DNA of 62,009 nucleotides from Nitrospirota bacterium (GCA_040754455.1 JBFMCP010000018.1:1-62009); one strand, 5' to 3'. Numbered from the stretch's first letter, positions 51,082 to 60,564 are shown. Made by a program: numbers and translations. Notes: generated by a model not told the origin, from the letters alone.

Positions 51082-52128
51082 ATGTCCACAACCAATGCTT
51101 TTGATTTTTTCGTCCAGTGGCATCTTACGGAGCAATGCAATCTCGGGTGTACCCACTGCTATCAGACCGGCATCAGGCACCAAGAGCTTTCATTGCCCGA
51201 GATAGTGGAGACGCTCGCTGAAATAGAGGAGATGCTGGGTGACTGGAAAGAGTCCTATGCCATCGATCTTTCACCGAGCATTAATGTCACCGGCGGAGAG
51301 CCCTTCCTGCGCAGCGACTTTTTCGATATTCTCAAAGCCATGGGCGCGCGGGGGTTTGCGCTCTATGTCCTTACGAACGGCACTCTCATTGATGATCAGA
51401 AGGCGAAAGCGCTCTCTGATCTTGGCGTAAAAGGTGTCCAGGTGAGCATCGAGGGTCCCGAGGCGATCCATGAGTCGATCCGGGGAAGAGGAAGCTTTAC
51501 CGCCTCGCTGAAAGGAATTGCCCGTCTGCTTGATGCAGGGCTGAAGGTGACCCTGAACACTACGCTCTCGTCGGTGAATGCCGCGCATTTTATGGAACTG
51601 ATCGACCTCTCCTTACGCCTGGGGGTCCACCGCCTCGGTTTTTCGCGACTCGTTCCTTCGGGAAGAGGAGAGGCCATGCTCGACACCATGCTCTCTACCG
51701 AAACGGTGAGAGGACTTTATAAGCGGATTTTCTCTCAGGATACCGGTGGCCTGGAGATCGTCACCGGCGATCCCGTTGCAGCGCAACTCACGGCTCAAGA
51801 GCAGGAGGGCAGCCACAGTTCAACTCCTTCGGGAGGATGTGCAGCAGGCATATCCGGCATCACGATCCTCCCCGATGGCACACTCATCCCGTGCAGGAGG
51901 CTTCCAGTTCCTCTCGGGAATATCAAAAAAGACTCCCTGCGCGAGATATGGGCGACTTCAGAAGTTTTGGAGGCGCTGAGGGACAGGTCGCGCTATAAGG
52001 GGAAGTGCGGCGCCTGCTCCCGCTGGGCGCAGTGCAGGGGATGCAGGGCAATCGCCTATGCCTGTTCAAAGGCGAAGGGAAGCGAAGATCTGCTCGCCGA
52101 AGACCCGCAGTGCTTTATTGGCAATTAG
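51082..52128 (+). CDS. Radical SAM/SPASM domain peptide maturase
   Basis: QWHLTEQCNLGCTHC (CxxxCxxC), TGGEP, TNG; SPASM GCAAG...PC...CGAC..WAQCRGC...DPQC. Confidence 0.93.
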   Translation: MSTTNAFDFFVQWHLTEQCNLGCTHCYQTGIRHQELSLPEIVETLAEIEEMLGDWKESYAIDLSPSINVTGGEPFLRSDFFDILKAMGARGFALYVLTNGTLIDDQKAKALSDLGVKGVQVSIEGPEAIHESIRGRGSFTASLKGIARLLDAGLKVTLNTTLSSVNAAHFMELIDLSLRLGVHRLGFSRLVPSGRGEAMLDTMLSTETVRGLYKRIFSQDTGGLEIVTGDPVAAQLTAQEQEGSHSSTPSGGCAAGISGITILPDGTLIPCRRLPVPLGNIKKDSLREIWATSEVLEALRDRSRYKGKCGACSRWAQCRGCRAIAYACSKAKGSEDLLAEDPQCFIGN

Positions 52129-52234
52129 AAAAGCAATGAGGAGCCGCTACTGTACGACTGCTTTCCCTCCTGATATACTTTTTCTAATCATTTGATCATT
52201 TCAGAGTACAAGCCAATAGAGGGAGGGAATGTTT

Positions 52235-52762
52235 ATGTCCAAATGGATGATTGATCCTGATCATTCGGTAGCGGCTTTTGCAATACGGCATATGATGATC
52301 GCGTTTGTGCGTGGTCAATTTAATAAAATTACCGGCACGATCCAGTTCGACCCCGAGGACATTACGCGCTCCTCTGTGGAGATGGAGATCGACGTCGCGA
52401 GCCTCACGAGCGGGATTAAAAAGCGTGACGAGCACTTATTGAGCGCCGATTTCTTCGAGGTGGAAAAGTACCCGAAAATTACCTTCAAAAGTATGGGCAT
52501 CGAAAAGACCGGTACGAACAGCGGCAAAGTGACCGGCGACCTGACCATTCACGGTGTCACGCGATCCGTTACCCTTGAGGTGAGCTTTTTCGGGCCGGTG
52601 AAGAGCCCCTTCGGTGAAACGAGCATGGGGTTCAGCGCAGCAACATCGCTGAACCGGGAGGGCTTCGGCATCATGTGGAACGAGCCCATGGAAAAGGGCG
52701 GGCTCATGATCGGCAGGGATGTGGAGATCACCGTCGACATAGAGGCCGATCTCGCTGAGTAG
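52235..52762 (+). CDS. YceI-family polyisoprenoid-binding protein
   Basis: WMIDPDHS...VRGQF...RDEHLLSADFF...GDLTIHGVT. Confidence 0.93.
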   Translation: MSKWMIDPDHSVAAFAIRHMMIAFVRGQFNKITGTIQFDPEDITRSSVEMEIDVASLTSGIKKRDEHLLSADFFEVEKYPKITFKSMGIEKTGTNSGKVTGDLTIHGVTRSVTLEVSFFGPVKSPFGETSMGFSAATSLNREGFGIMWNEPMEKGGLMIGRDVEITVDIEADLAE

Positions 52763-52795
52763 ATATGGATATATGGTGTAGAGCTCAATGGAAAC

Positions 52796-52830
52796 AACAA
52801 GGGCCTGGTTTATTATGCCAGGCCCTTGTT
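52796..52830. terminator. Bidirectional terminator
   Basis: AACAAGGGCCTGG...CCAGGCCCTTGTT between convergent genes. Confidence 0.75.
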
Positions 52831-52858
52831 ATCGGAACAGTCATAATAAGAGAGCGGG

Positions 52859-53530
52859 TTAATCCTCGAATTTCTTGTGGCCTTTCCCTTTGCCTTTGTC
52901 CTTGTGTTTCTCTTTTTTCCACTCCTCTTTATCTTCTCTCTCTTTCTCCTTGTGCTTTTCCTTCCCGCCTTTCACCTTTTTGACTTCATCGTTGATGGCG
53001 ATGAAGCTTTTGCCCTTCGATCTCATCTCGATGACCCTTTCCGGGGCATATCCGTGGTAGTCCGAGATGAATTTGAGGTTCACGAAATTGACGATTTCAT
53101 CATCCGCGAGCCTGATGGTGCGCCACTCCTTCTTGTGCTTTTTCTTGAAATGGCCGTAGGCCTTTCCGTAGGGAGGGCCAGACACAACAGTCACCGGCAC
53201 ATAAAAAATTTCAGGACTAAGGCCGAGGCGTATGGTAATGTCGATCCACGGCATGCCGCTCCGGCGCATCTCGATGACCCGTGCATAGGGGACCCCTGCC
53301 CTCTTCGAAAGAAAGAGCACGACCGGGATCTCTTCATCAGGGATACGCCGCTCCTTGATGATGATCACTTCCCGCTCCGGGACTCTGTAGTAGTCGCCCA
53401 TGGAGAAATAAAAGCCCCTTATCCCCTCGTCTCCGATTGTTACTCCAACATCGACCCGTGCCGCGGCGCGTTCCGATAACCCCCATACCGAGAGCACCAT
53501 CACCATGATGCAAAGGTATACAATGCGCAT
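52859..53530 (-). CDS. Exported hypothetical protein with Lys/Glu/His-rich tail
   Basis: Signal peptide; GPPYGKAYGH; low-complexity C-terminus. Confidence 0.8.
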   Translation of the reverse strand: MRIVYLCIMVMVLSVWGLSERAAARVDVGVTIGDEGIRGFYFSMGDYYRVPEREVIIIKERRIPDEEIPVVLFLSKRAGVPYARVIEMRRSGMPWIDITIRLGLSPEIFYVPVTVVSGPPYGKAYGHFKKKHKKEWRTIRLADDEIVNFVNLKFISDYHGYAPERVIEMRSKGKSFIAINDEVKKVKGGKEKHKEKEREDKEEWKKEKHKDKGKGKGHKKFED

Positions 53531-54002
53531 TCTCCAACCTCCTTTTGTATCCTCTCTGCTCCACTACAGCAGACGACTGTCCGCAGTTTAAAAAATCAAG
53601 CCGCCATTTATCAAGGAACAAGTCACACTTGCACTCATGGAAAAAAACAGAATACAAGAGGAAGCGCGCTTTGATCTTGCGCTGATACCCGAATGATAGA
53701 ATTCAGCCGGCTGCCCTTATCCTGCTCCAAAGAAGGCAGAATCGCTCAATTCCCTGCTCCACCTCTGTCAAAAAAGCTCTTTTCTGTTCGATCTCCTCTT
53801 TCCGTGCATTCAGGTCCTTGATAAGGGAGTCGAATACGGCCCTACAACATCCCGTAGCGCCGAAGTTTTATTGACTGATACCGTCTCCATGCGCTTCCCC
53901 CGAACGGATAGAATCACTGCTGTAGGTATAATTAATCGGAAAAAGAGCGACTTACCTTTACCTTCAGAGACAAGGGGAAGGTGTGGATTGCAGCGGCCGG
54001 GG

Positions 54003-54440
54003 CTATTTCAGCTGTTCGGCCTCGGCCTGGCTGAGGATGCGGCGCGCCTCTGCAAGTCGTTTATAGTATTTTTTAATCTTTTCCGCGTCTTTTGCCACGG
54101 TAGCCTTGAAGAGGTCTCCCTCGAGCTCAGCAACTTCGAGGCGTTTATAGTAATCCAATGACTCTTTCAGGTGAGCAAGCACGATCTTTCCTGTCAGGAC
54201 AGGGTGGTTGTTGGTGACATTGGCATCCTTGAACCTTGTGCCATGCTCGAGCTCGACCTCGAGGCCTTTGCGGAAATCCTCCAGGTCGATATTCATGCCG
54301 TCGGTATTGACGATGGACAGGATGATCCGTGCCTCCTCCGGAGAGACGCCGGGCTCCTGCATCCCTGCCCAATCCTTGAGCTTGAGCTCGTTACAAACCC
54401 GTCTCACTTCTTCAACGGTAATATATTCGGGGATCTCCAT
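54003..54440 (-). CDS. DUF5661-like protein
   Basis: GLEVELEHG...NVTN..P..TGKIVLAHLKE..DYY.RL. Confidence 0.75.
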   Translation of the reverse strand: MEIPEYITVEEVRRVCNELKLKDWAGMQEPGVSPEEARIILSIVNTDGMNIDLEDFRKGLEVELEHGTRFKDANVTNNHPVLTGKIVLAHLKESLDYYKRLEVAELEGDLFKATVAKDAEKIKKYYKRLAEARRILSQAEAEQLK

Positions 54441-54469
54441 CCGACACTCCTTTCGATTTTCACAGTTTA

Positions 54470-54982
54470 TTATTTGGTAATGACACCGCACGCGATACGG
54501 TCGCCGGAATCACCGGCAGGATCGCTCTTGTAATCATCCGATTTCGCATGGACCACAAGTGCTGAGCCGTCGGCATCAAAGAGCGAGGCCTTCCCTTCGC
54601 GGAGCGTTACCTCCCCGGCAAGGACTTCTGCCCTGGCCTTTCCATCCGAGCCGGCATAAAGGTTCGGCAAATCGCCTGCATGCATGCCGTCGGGATTCAT
54701 ATACCCATGCTTTTTGCCGGTAGGATTGAAGTGGCCGCCGGCGGTCTTAAAGGGCGGTTCGCACTTTCCTACGGCATGGATGTGAAAGCCGTGGGGACCG
54801 GGCGGCAGGTTTCTGAGTTCGGCGGTAATGAGAACGCCATGGGCGGTCTCTGTCAAGGTCGCCCGCCCGATCTCATCTCCCCTGTCGTTGTAGAATATCG
54901 CCTTTGCTGCTGGACCGGCTTCCTGGGCATACACAACCGCACCGAGCACGAGCATCATGACCATGACCAGAACATATCTCAT
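54470..54982 (-). CDS. sodC: Cu/Zn superoxide dismutase, periplasmic
   Basis: HGFHIH..GKC, AGGHFNP, HAGDLPNL, ALVVHA..DD, GDSGDRIACGVI. Confidence 0.95.
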   Translation of the reverse strand: MRYVLVMVMMLVLGAVVYAQEAGPAAKAIFYNDRGDEIGRATLTETAHGVLITAELRNLPPGPHGFHIHAVGKCEPPFKTAGGHFNPTGKKHGYMNPDGMHAGDLPNLYAGSDGKARAEVLAGEVTLREGKASLFDADGSALVVHAKSDDYKSDPAGDSGDRIACGVITK

Positions 54983-55302
54983 TGTATCCTCCTTAGAATT
55001 GCCATCAGGACGGCTTTATTTCAAATTATACCAACTCACGCGCTCCGCTGATACCGCCTCCCGAAGGCGCACAGGGAGGCTTTGTGAGTGAGCGGTACCA
55101 GGGCTTCAGCCCCTGAGAAGCGAAAAACCTCCCTGTCATGGACACGACGAAATAAAAAAGCGGCGACAGGATATAGTGGAGATAATCGGACACGTAGTGC
55201 TCCGTTTTGTACAGCTGCTGAGTGTTATTGAAGGGCAAGGCCGACTCGCATCTGGCGGAAGTCCCGGCGACAGCCAGGGCCGGTTTTGATTATAATAAAG
55301 CG

Positions 55303-55893
55303 ATGAGAATCATCATACCTATCACGGTCGTTCTTCTGCTGTTTCTCTCTCCCGATCCCGGACGCGCCGACACCCTTACCTGCAACGGAAAGATCGTCAC
55401 TGCCGCTGATACCAAAGCAGAGGTAACGATCAAGTGCGGTGCGCCCAGCTGGAAGGAAATACGCGAGTTGGAGCGCACCATAAGGATATCTCCCGATGAG
55501 AAGCTCAAGGAGTTTGTCACCCTGGAGGACTGGTTTTATAACTTCGGGCCCACCAGGTTCATCTATATTCTCACATTCGAGAACAGGAACCTCGTCAGGA
55601 TCCGGACGGCAGGGTACGGCTTCCTGGAAAGGGAGGCGGATGATGTCAACTGCGGCGGAATGCGGATTTTCATAGGCGACACAAAACCGGATGTGGTGAG
55701 CAAGTGCGGTGAGCCGACCTATAAAGACTACCGTAAGGTACAAAAGCGCCGTGAGACCGGGTTCGGCGAAGAACGGGTATCGATAAACATTGAGGACTGG
55801 ACGTATAATTTCGGTCCTGATTACCTTCTCCTCTTTCTGACATTTGAGAACGGAAGGGTTGTCACTATCAAGACCGGCGGCTACGGGTATTAG
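55303..55893 (+). CDS. Exported protein with two tandem DUF2845-like domains
   Basis: Repeated C.G..V..GDTK..V..KCG.P...EDW.YNFGP...L.FEN unit. Confidence 0.85.
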   Translation: MRIIIPITVVLLLFLSPDPGRADTLTCNGKIVTAADTKAEVTIKCGAPSWKEIRELERTIRISPDEKLKEFVTLEDWFYNFGPTRFIYILTFENRNLVRIRTAGYGFLEREADDVNCGGMRIFIGDTKPDVVSKCGEPTYKDYRKVQKRRETGFGEERVSINIEDWTYNFGPDYLLLFLTFENGRVVTIKTGGYGY

Positions 55894-56507
55894 GGTGATG
55901 AGGGCCCTCTGCGGTTCTGCTCGGGAAGGTCGCCGAGAAGCTTCTTTTCATAGCACTCTTCACAGATGCCGTGAGAGAAGCTCATGTCGAAGTGGCGCTG
56001 GAGATACTCTTCAACATTCTGCCAGTAGTTTTCATCGGTGCGGACCTTTCTGCACCATGCGCAGACCGGTATAAGGCTCCTCAGTTGGAGCAGCTCGCTC
56101 ACGTCCTCAAGGATCAGCAGAGAATAGCCCCGTCCTTGATACTGAAAGGGAGAGGTCGTGACGAGAAAGTGGCTGTCTCTTGTCATCCCGTTAATATTCT
56201 GGGTGACAATGGCTTTTTTTCGGTACACTTTGCCGCCGCTGATAGCTTCTATAACCGAGCTTCTCAGGGTGCATTCCTCGCATGCCTCAGCCTTGCCGCA
56301 GCCCTCCGGCACCTCGCGGGAATGGAGGCAGTTCAGCGCATCACCTCCCCTTTTCATATGAAAGCTGGTATTGCCGGAGAACATCTCTGTTGCAGCCGTA
56401 TTGACATGCAATATACGGGCATCGGAATCGACTATAAAAACTGCCGAGGGGATAGCATTAAAGAGGGTGTATAAGAAGTCTGTTTCTGAAAAGAGCGGGT
56501 GCTCCAC
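55890..56507 (-). CDS. PAS domain protein with C-terminal Cys/His metal-binding motif
   Basis: PAS with GDALNC..C..C; tail IPVCAWCRKVR...W..VEEY...FSHGICEEC. Confidence 0.85.
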   Translation of the reverse strand: MEHPLFSETDFLYTLFNAIPSAVFIVDSDARILHVNTAATEMFSGNTSFHMKRGGDALNCLHSREVPEGCGKAEACEECTLRSSVIEAISGGKVYRKKAIVTQNINGMTRDSHFLVTTSPFQYQGRGYSLLILEDVSELLQLRSLIPVCAWCRKVRTDENYWQNVEEYLQRHFDMSFSHGICEECYEKKLLGDLPEQNRRGPSSP

Positions 56508-56584
56508 AATCCCTGCCTGCTCCTATTCTGTTAAAAGTAAGGAATTATAGCAGATCGGCAGTCAGTTGTAACAGCAGAGGGGCG

Positions 56585-57037
56585 TTACTCCGTAGATCGG
56601 ACTTTCCTGCGCAGGCGCTTGGTTGCGCCGCGACGCTGCTTGTGCTCTATCCTGCGTTTTTTCGACGCCTCCGTCGGCGTTGTCTTCCTGCGCGCTCTCG
56701 GCTCTATTGCCGCCCTCCGGATCAATGCAGTAAGTCTGCTGATGGCATCCTCGCGGTTCTTTTCCTGCGTGCGGAAGCGCCGAGCATCGATAATCACAAC
56801 ACCCTCGGTAGTGATCCGGTTGCCGGCGAGCCGGATGAGGCGATCGCGCACTGCTTCAGGCAGCGAAGGAGAATGGGCGACATCAAAGCGGAGCTGTACG
56901 GCAGTGGCAACCTTGTTGACATTCTGGCCGCCGGGACCCGAAGCACGGATGAAGCGAAGGTCGATCTCGCGCTCGTCGAGGGTGATTGAAGGAGTAACGG
57001 AGATCAGGCTTTCCTCCCGGCGCTCACTTCCCGCCAC
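56585..57037 (-). CDS. arfB: Alternative ribosome rescue peptidyl-tRNA hydrolase ArfB
   Basis: FIRASGPGGQNVNKVATAV, RTQEKNR, basic tail; exact start uncertain. Confidence 0.93.
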   Translation of the reverse strand: MAGSERREESLISVTPSITLDEREIDLRFIRASGPGGQNVNKVATAVQLRFDVAHSPSLPEAVRDRLIRLAGNRITTEGVVIIDARRFRTQEKNREDAISRLTALIRRAAIEPRARRKTTPTEASKKRRIEHKQRRGATKRLRRKVRSTE

Positions 57038-57782
57038 CTGCAGCAGGAAAATTCATCAGCACCACATGAGGCATTCCTGTATCTTTCTCGACAATGTGCA
57101 GACGCAGCTGTCGTGCCGTCAGCGCCTCGCCGGGGAAGAAGATAAAGCCGTACGATATGCTCTTCGGCTCCACGGCCTTGTTCTGCAGTGACTTCTGCTG
57201 GAGATCATCGATGATGGACCGTCGTGCGTCGGGCGCATCATACTGGTAGCCTCTGACCCCACCGAGAATCCCGCCGCCTGCGGCGCCTACCGCTGCACCC
57301 TTTCCGGCGGACTCAGCGACATCTCTCCCCGATACAATGCCGATGGCAGCGCCGATCAGGGCCCCTGCCGTGGCGCCGAGGAAACCGTGATACGCTCCCT
57401 TCTTGAAGATCTCCTTCGTCTGAGCATACCGTGTAGCGCGGTCATAGGCGATCTCGCTCGAGAGGACAGGCCAGAGATTTCCCTCATTATCCTCGAGAAA
57501 CGTCTGGGTGGGATCGACCTGCAGAGGGTGCGGTCCCTGATTATCGAAGACGATCTGCACCGGCAGCATACCCGCACCGCGAATATCAAACCCGAAGGCC
57601 TCCTTTGCCTCGTCCGCATCGGCGAATGCCCGTGCTCCGACAGCGGCCCCGGCTATCTGCTGCGCATTGGGATAGGTGCTGGGCAGCTTGAAGGCCAGCG
57701 GCTGCGCCTTGTACGCGGTGCCGCAGGAAAAGGTAAAGACGAAGAGCAGCATCATGCAAAGCGGCAATAGTCTCATTCTCAT
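57024..57782 (-). CDS. Lipoprotein with glycine-zipper region
   Basis: Lipobox TFSC; GATAGALIGAAIG...GAAVGAAGGG. Confidence 0.8.
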   Translation of the reverse strand: MRMRLLPLCMMLLFVFTFSCGTAYKAQPLAFKLPSTYPNAQQIAGAAVGARAFADADEAKEAFGFDIRGAGMLPVQIVFDNQGPHPLQVDPTQTFLEDNEGNLWPVLSSEIAYDRATRYAQTKEIFKKGAYHGFLGATAGALIGAAIGIVSGRDVAESAGKGAAVGAAGGGILGGVRGYQYDAPDARRSIIDDLQQKSLQNKAVEPKSISYGFIFFPGEALTARQLRLHIVEKDTGMPHVVLMNFPAAGGGK

Positions 57783-57965
57783 ACAGCCCTCCCTGTGGAT
57801 GATTCCTAACCTCATTATATCACCAAGCGGTCCCGCTCTCTACAAAAGTGATTCCGCTATGCATTTTATACTTGATTCTCTCGCACGATATTGGTATATT
57901 CTTAGCTAAAGAATTGCTTTCGTTGCATCGATAACAATGGTAAAAACCAACATGAGGAGGAAGGA

Positions 57966-58409
57966 ATGGCAACAAAGAAAGCAGCAAAAAAGAAACCGGC
58001 GGCAAAGAAGAAGGTAGCGAAGAAACCGGCAAAGAAGGCAGCGAAGAAACCGGCAGCAAAAAAGAAGGCTGCAAAGAAACCGGCGAAAAAAGTAGCTGCA
58101 AAGAAACCGGCGAAAAAAGTAGCTGCAAAGAAACCGGCAAAGAAGGCGAAAGTTAAAAGGGCGCCGAACCCGGAATTCATGAAACCGGTGAACATCAGCC
58201 CCGCACTGGCCAAGATCGTCGGAAGCACGCCAATCCCGAGGACCGAAGTAACGAAGAAGCTGTGGGCGTACATCAGAAAGAACAATCTGCAGGACAAAGT
58301 GAACAAAAGAAACATCAATGCAGATGAGAACCTCAGGGAAGTATTCGGCGGCAAGAACCAGGTCTCGATGTTCGAAATGACCAAGCTGGTCAACAAGCAC
58401 CTGAGCTAG
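57966..58409 (+). CDS. SWIB/MDM2 domain protein with histone-H1-like N-terminal repeats
   Basis: (KKPAKKxAA)n, then FMKP..ISPALA.IVG...RTEVTKKLWAYI...LQD...SMFEMTKLV. Confidence 0.93.
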   Translation: MATKKAAKKKPAAKKKVAKKPAKKAAKKPAAKKKAAKKPAKKVAAKKPAKKVAAKKPAKKAKVKRAPNPEFMKPVNISPALAKIVGSTPIPRTEVTKKLWAYIRKNNLQDKVNKRNINADENLREVFGGKNQVSMFEMTKLVNKHLS

Positions 58410-58427
58410 TAAATTAATTCATAGATT

Positions 58428-58464
58428 AAAAAGGCAGTCGCAGCGACGCTGCACTGCCTTTTTT
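58428..58464 (+). terminator. Intrinsic terminator
   Basis: AAAAAGGCAGT...ACTGCCTTTTTT. Confidence 0.8.
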
Positions 58465-58490
58465 GTTTTGACGCACGGCAAGAGAGGACC

Positions 58491-58814
58491 ATGAAGAAGC
58501 CGCCCTACGGAGCGCCGGAGCATCATGACCGTAGTAAAGGGGATCCGAAACCCGTCGAGCTCCCCACCACCGGCGTACTGGATCTGCACACCTTCCATCC
58601 CCGGGAAGTAAAGGAATTGGTGCCCCACTATCTCGCTGTCTGCAGGGAAAAAGGAATTTACGAGGTGCGCATCATCCACGGGAAGGGAACCGGCGCACTG
58701 CGCGGGACCGTCCATTCACTGCTCAAGCGGCTTCCCGAAGTCGTCTCTTCCAGGCCTGCTGGAGAGGATGCTGGCGGATGGGGGGCAACTATTGTTGTGC
58801 TAAAGCCGAAATAA
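58491..58814 (+). CDS. Smr/MutS2 C-terminal domain protein
   Basis: LDLH, VRIIHGKGTGALR, GGWGATIV. Confidence 0.92.
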   Translation: MKKPPYGAPEHHDRSKGDPKPVELPTTGVLDLHTFHPREVKELVPHYLAVCREKGIYEVRIIHGKGTGALRGTVHSLLKRLPEVVSSRPAGEDAGGWGATIVVLKPK

Positions 58815-59107
58815 CCTGCTCCCGTCCTGTGCCATTCGTTCTTGATGCGCCCTACCCCCACTGTTACTATTGTGATTAGGTAAAAGAAGAAGCAGAGGGC
58901 ATCTTCCCGTACATGGCCCCATGTTGAAATTTTCTCTCTGAGGCGTAAACTTGAGATAATAACAGGCACCAGCGGTGCGGCAAAACGGTGAGTCGCACTG
59001 TCACTGTGCCCATCATCTTTGAAGGGGAGGACAGAGTGCAGCTTGACCGCAGAGGCGCTCTCAGAGAGAGTAAAAAGCAGACTCGCAAGATATGTGGGAG
59101 GTGAATT

Positions 59108-59380
59108 ATGGCAGAAGTATACGAAACCAACAATGTACGTAAGCTTAATGCCTTTGACTGGATATCGCTTGTACTGGTAATCATCGGCGGGATCAACTGG
59201 GGGCTTATCGGGCTGTTCAGGTTCGATCTGGTGGCGGCCCTCTTCGGCGATATGTCGGCCTTTTCCAGGATCATCTATACGCTCGTGGGAGCCGGAGCGC
59301 TCTATATGCTGGCACACTCGCTCAAGCTCATACGGCACCCTTTAGGAGAGGCACCCACGGCTGCATCCCGCAGAACCTGA
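59108..59380 (+). CDS. DUF378 family membrane protein
   Basis: LVIIGGINWGLIGLFRFDLVAALFG...RIIYTLVG. Confidence 0.9.
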   Translation: MAEVYETNNVRKLNAFDWISLVLVIIGGINWGLIGLFRFDLVAALFGDMSAFSRIIYTLVGAGALYMLAHSLKLIRHPLGEAPTAASRRT

Positions 59381-59468
59381 CATTATAGGTGATCAACCCG
59401 ACGCATCCTGTAGGAACCTTTAAGCTCTGCTCCTCCCCTCTGAGGCATGCTTTTGGGCGACTGCGGGA

Positions 59469-59906
59469 TTACCTGCGGAATATGAGATAGGCGCCGAGCA
59501 GGAGCAGCGCTGTCCCAATGATCCGCTTTGCGTCAATGGTGAATGTCCTCAGACCGAAAACCCCCACCTGATCGAGCAGCAGTCCGGTGATCAGCTGGGC
59601 GGTAATAATCGCTGCCATAGTTGATGCCGTACCGATCCTGGGGACAGCAACAATGGTCATAGAGACGAAAAAGGCGCCAAGGAGGCCGCCGGTCAATTCC
59701 CACCAGGATGCATCGACAACCGCCTTCACATTGCCACGCCCTGCAAAATGGACAGCAGCCAGCATTGTCAACGTCCCCACGGCAAAGGAAATAAACGAGC
59801 TTTCCAGTATACCGACCTTTTGCGCCAGCCGCGCATTGATCGAGGGTTGTGCTGCAACGGCGATGCCGCCGATGAACATGGCGATAAAAAGAACCAAGTT
59901 GCTCAT
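59469..59906 (-). CDS. DMT-family (YdcZ/DUF606) inner membrane transporter
   Basis: AQPSINARL, WW.LTGGLLG, PRIG, Q...LLD..G.FG. Confidence 0.9.
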   Translation of the reverse strand: MSNLVLFIAMFIGGIAVAAQPSINARLAQKVGILESSFISFAVGTLTMLAAVHFAGRGNVKAVVDASWWELTGGLLGAFFVSMTIVAVPRIGTASTMAAIITAQLITGLLLDQVGVFGLRTFTIDAKRIIGTALLLLGAYLIFRR

Positions 59907-60019
59907 ACCACTCCTTCCCTAAGGTCTCCTGTAGTGTACGCCACTATTTTACCCCGTTTCCTGAGCAGATTTCAGAGAAAGCTGCAGCCGCTCTCTTCCG
60001 TTTCACTGCAGCATTCGAC

Positions 60020-60116
60020 ATATTTCTCATTGGGAGTTCCGGTGCTTCAGAACATCAACAGAGGGCAGAACGAGCTCGATCACCGCGTCCTCTTCGGCGT
60101 CAGTTGGGCGATGTAA
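60020..60116 (+). pseudogene. Possible C-terminal remnant of an outer-membrane beta-barrel protein
   Basis: FSLGVPVLQNINRGQNELDHRVLFGVSWAM* ends in an alternating beta-strand; no start codon. Confidence 0.4.
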
Positions 60117-60149
60117 ATACCTGGTGTGGTTTCTCTAGAAAAGGAGAGA

Positions 60150-60557
60150 TTACTCTTCCTTTTTCATATACAGATCATAAAGCGCTTTACCGACAAAAAA
60201 ATCCGCCCATGCGATCCCGATGTCAGGAATGGTTGACTTGATGAGCATGGCAGGGAACGGGGTTGCTTTTGCTGCTATCTCCGCGATGCTGAAGTGGGCC
60301 ATGAATACCGTACCGTAGATGACGAGGAAACCATTAAGGAGGTAGCCGTACACTGCGGTTGTGCGTGACATGAAAAGAGCGGTGACCACGATGATATCTA
60401 TCAAGGGGAAGAGCGAAGCAAGGAATCGGGTGCTGTCGAATACGAAGCTCCCCGGGTGCATCTCATCAGGAACCATAAAGTTATGTATCCTGTAGTGCAA
60501 CATCAGTCCTGACGCCGCCAGGAGGAAAAAGGCTAAGAGTAATGTGCTTTTTTTCAC
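60150..60557 (-). CDS. Hypothetical multi-pass membrane protein with His residues
   Basis: GTG start 7 nt after the preceding micro-ORF; about 4 TM segments; LHYRIH and FMAHF. Confidence 0.75.
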   Translation of the reverse strand: MKKSTLLLAFFLLAASGLMLHYRIHNFMVPDEMHPGSFVFDSTRFLASLFPLIDIIVVTALFMSRTTAVYGYLLNGFLVIYGTVFMAHFSIAEIAAKATPFPAMLIKSTIPDIGIAWADFFVGKALYDLYMKKEE

Positions 60558-60564
60558 GGCGCCC

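Noticed and set aside
50970..51103. Readthrough of the third TGA giving ...UCCRSGNKLKAK... up to about 51103
   Set aside because: That UGA is only 7 nt from the hairpin loop, and the extension runs through two RNA hairpins and overlaps the maturase start. Less likely, though not excluded.
53703..53891. Possible frameshifted small gene (…VFDSLIKDLNARKEEIEQKRAFL…) on the minus strand
   Set aside because: It looks like a coiled-coil fragment, but I recognise no family, so it is too weak to call.
57975..58150. CRISPR array or non-coding tandem repeat
   Set aside because: The repeats are in-frame codons of the Lys/Ala-rich SWIB protein with no unique spacers. No CRISPR array, cas gene, tRNA or rRNA was seen in the window.
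58932..59070. TCTCTCTGAG/CTCAGAGAGA inverted repeat as a MITE
   Set aside because: Only 10 bp of low complexity, with no second copy or target duplication in the window.
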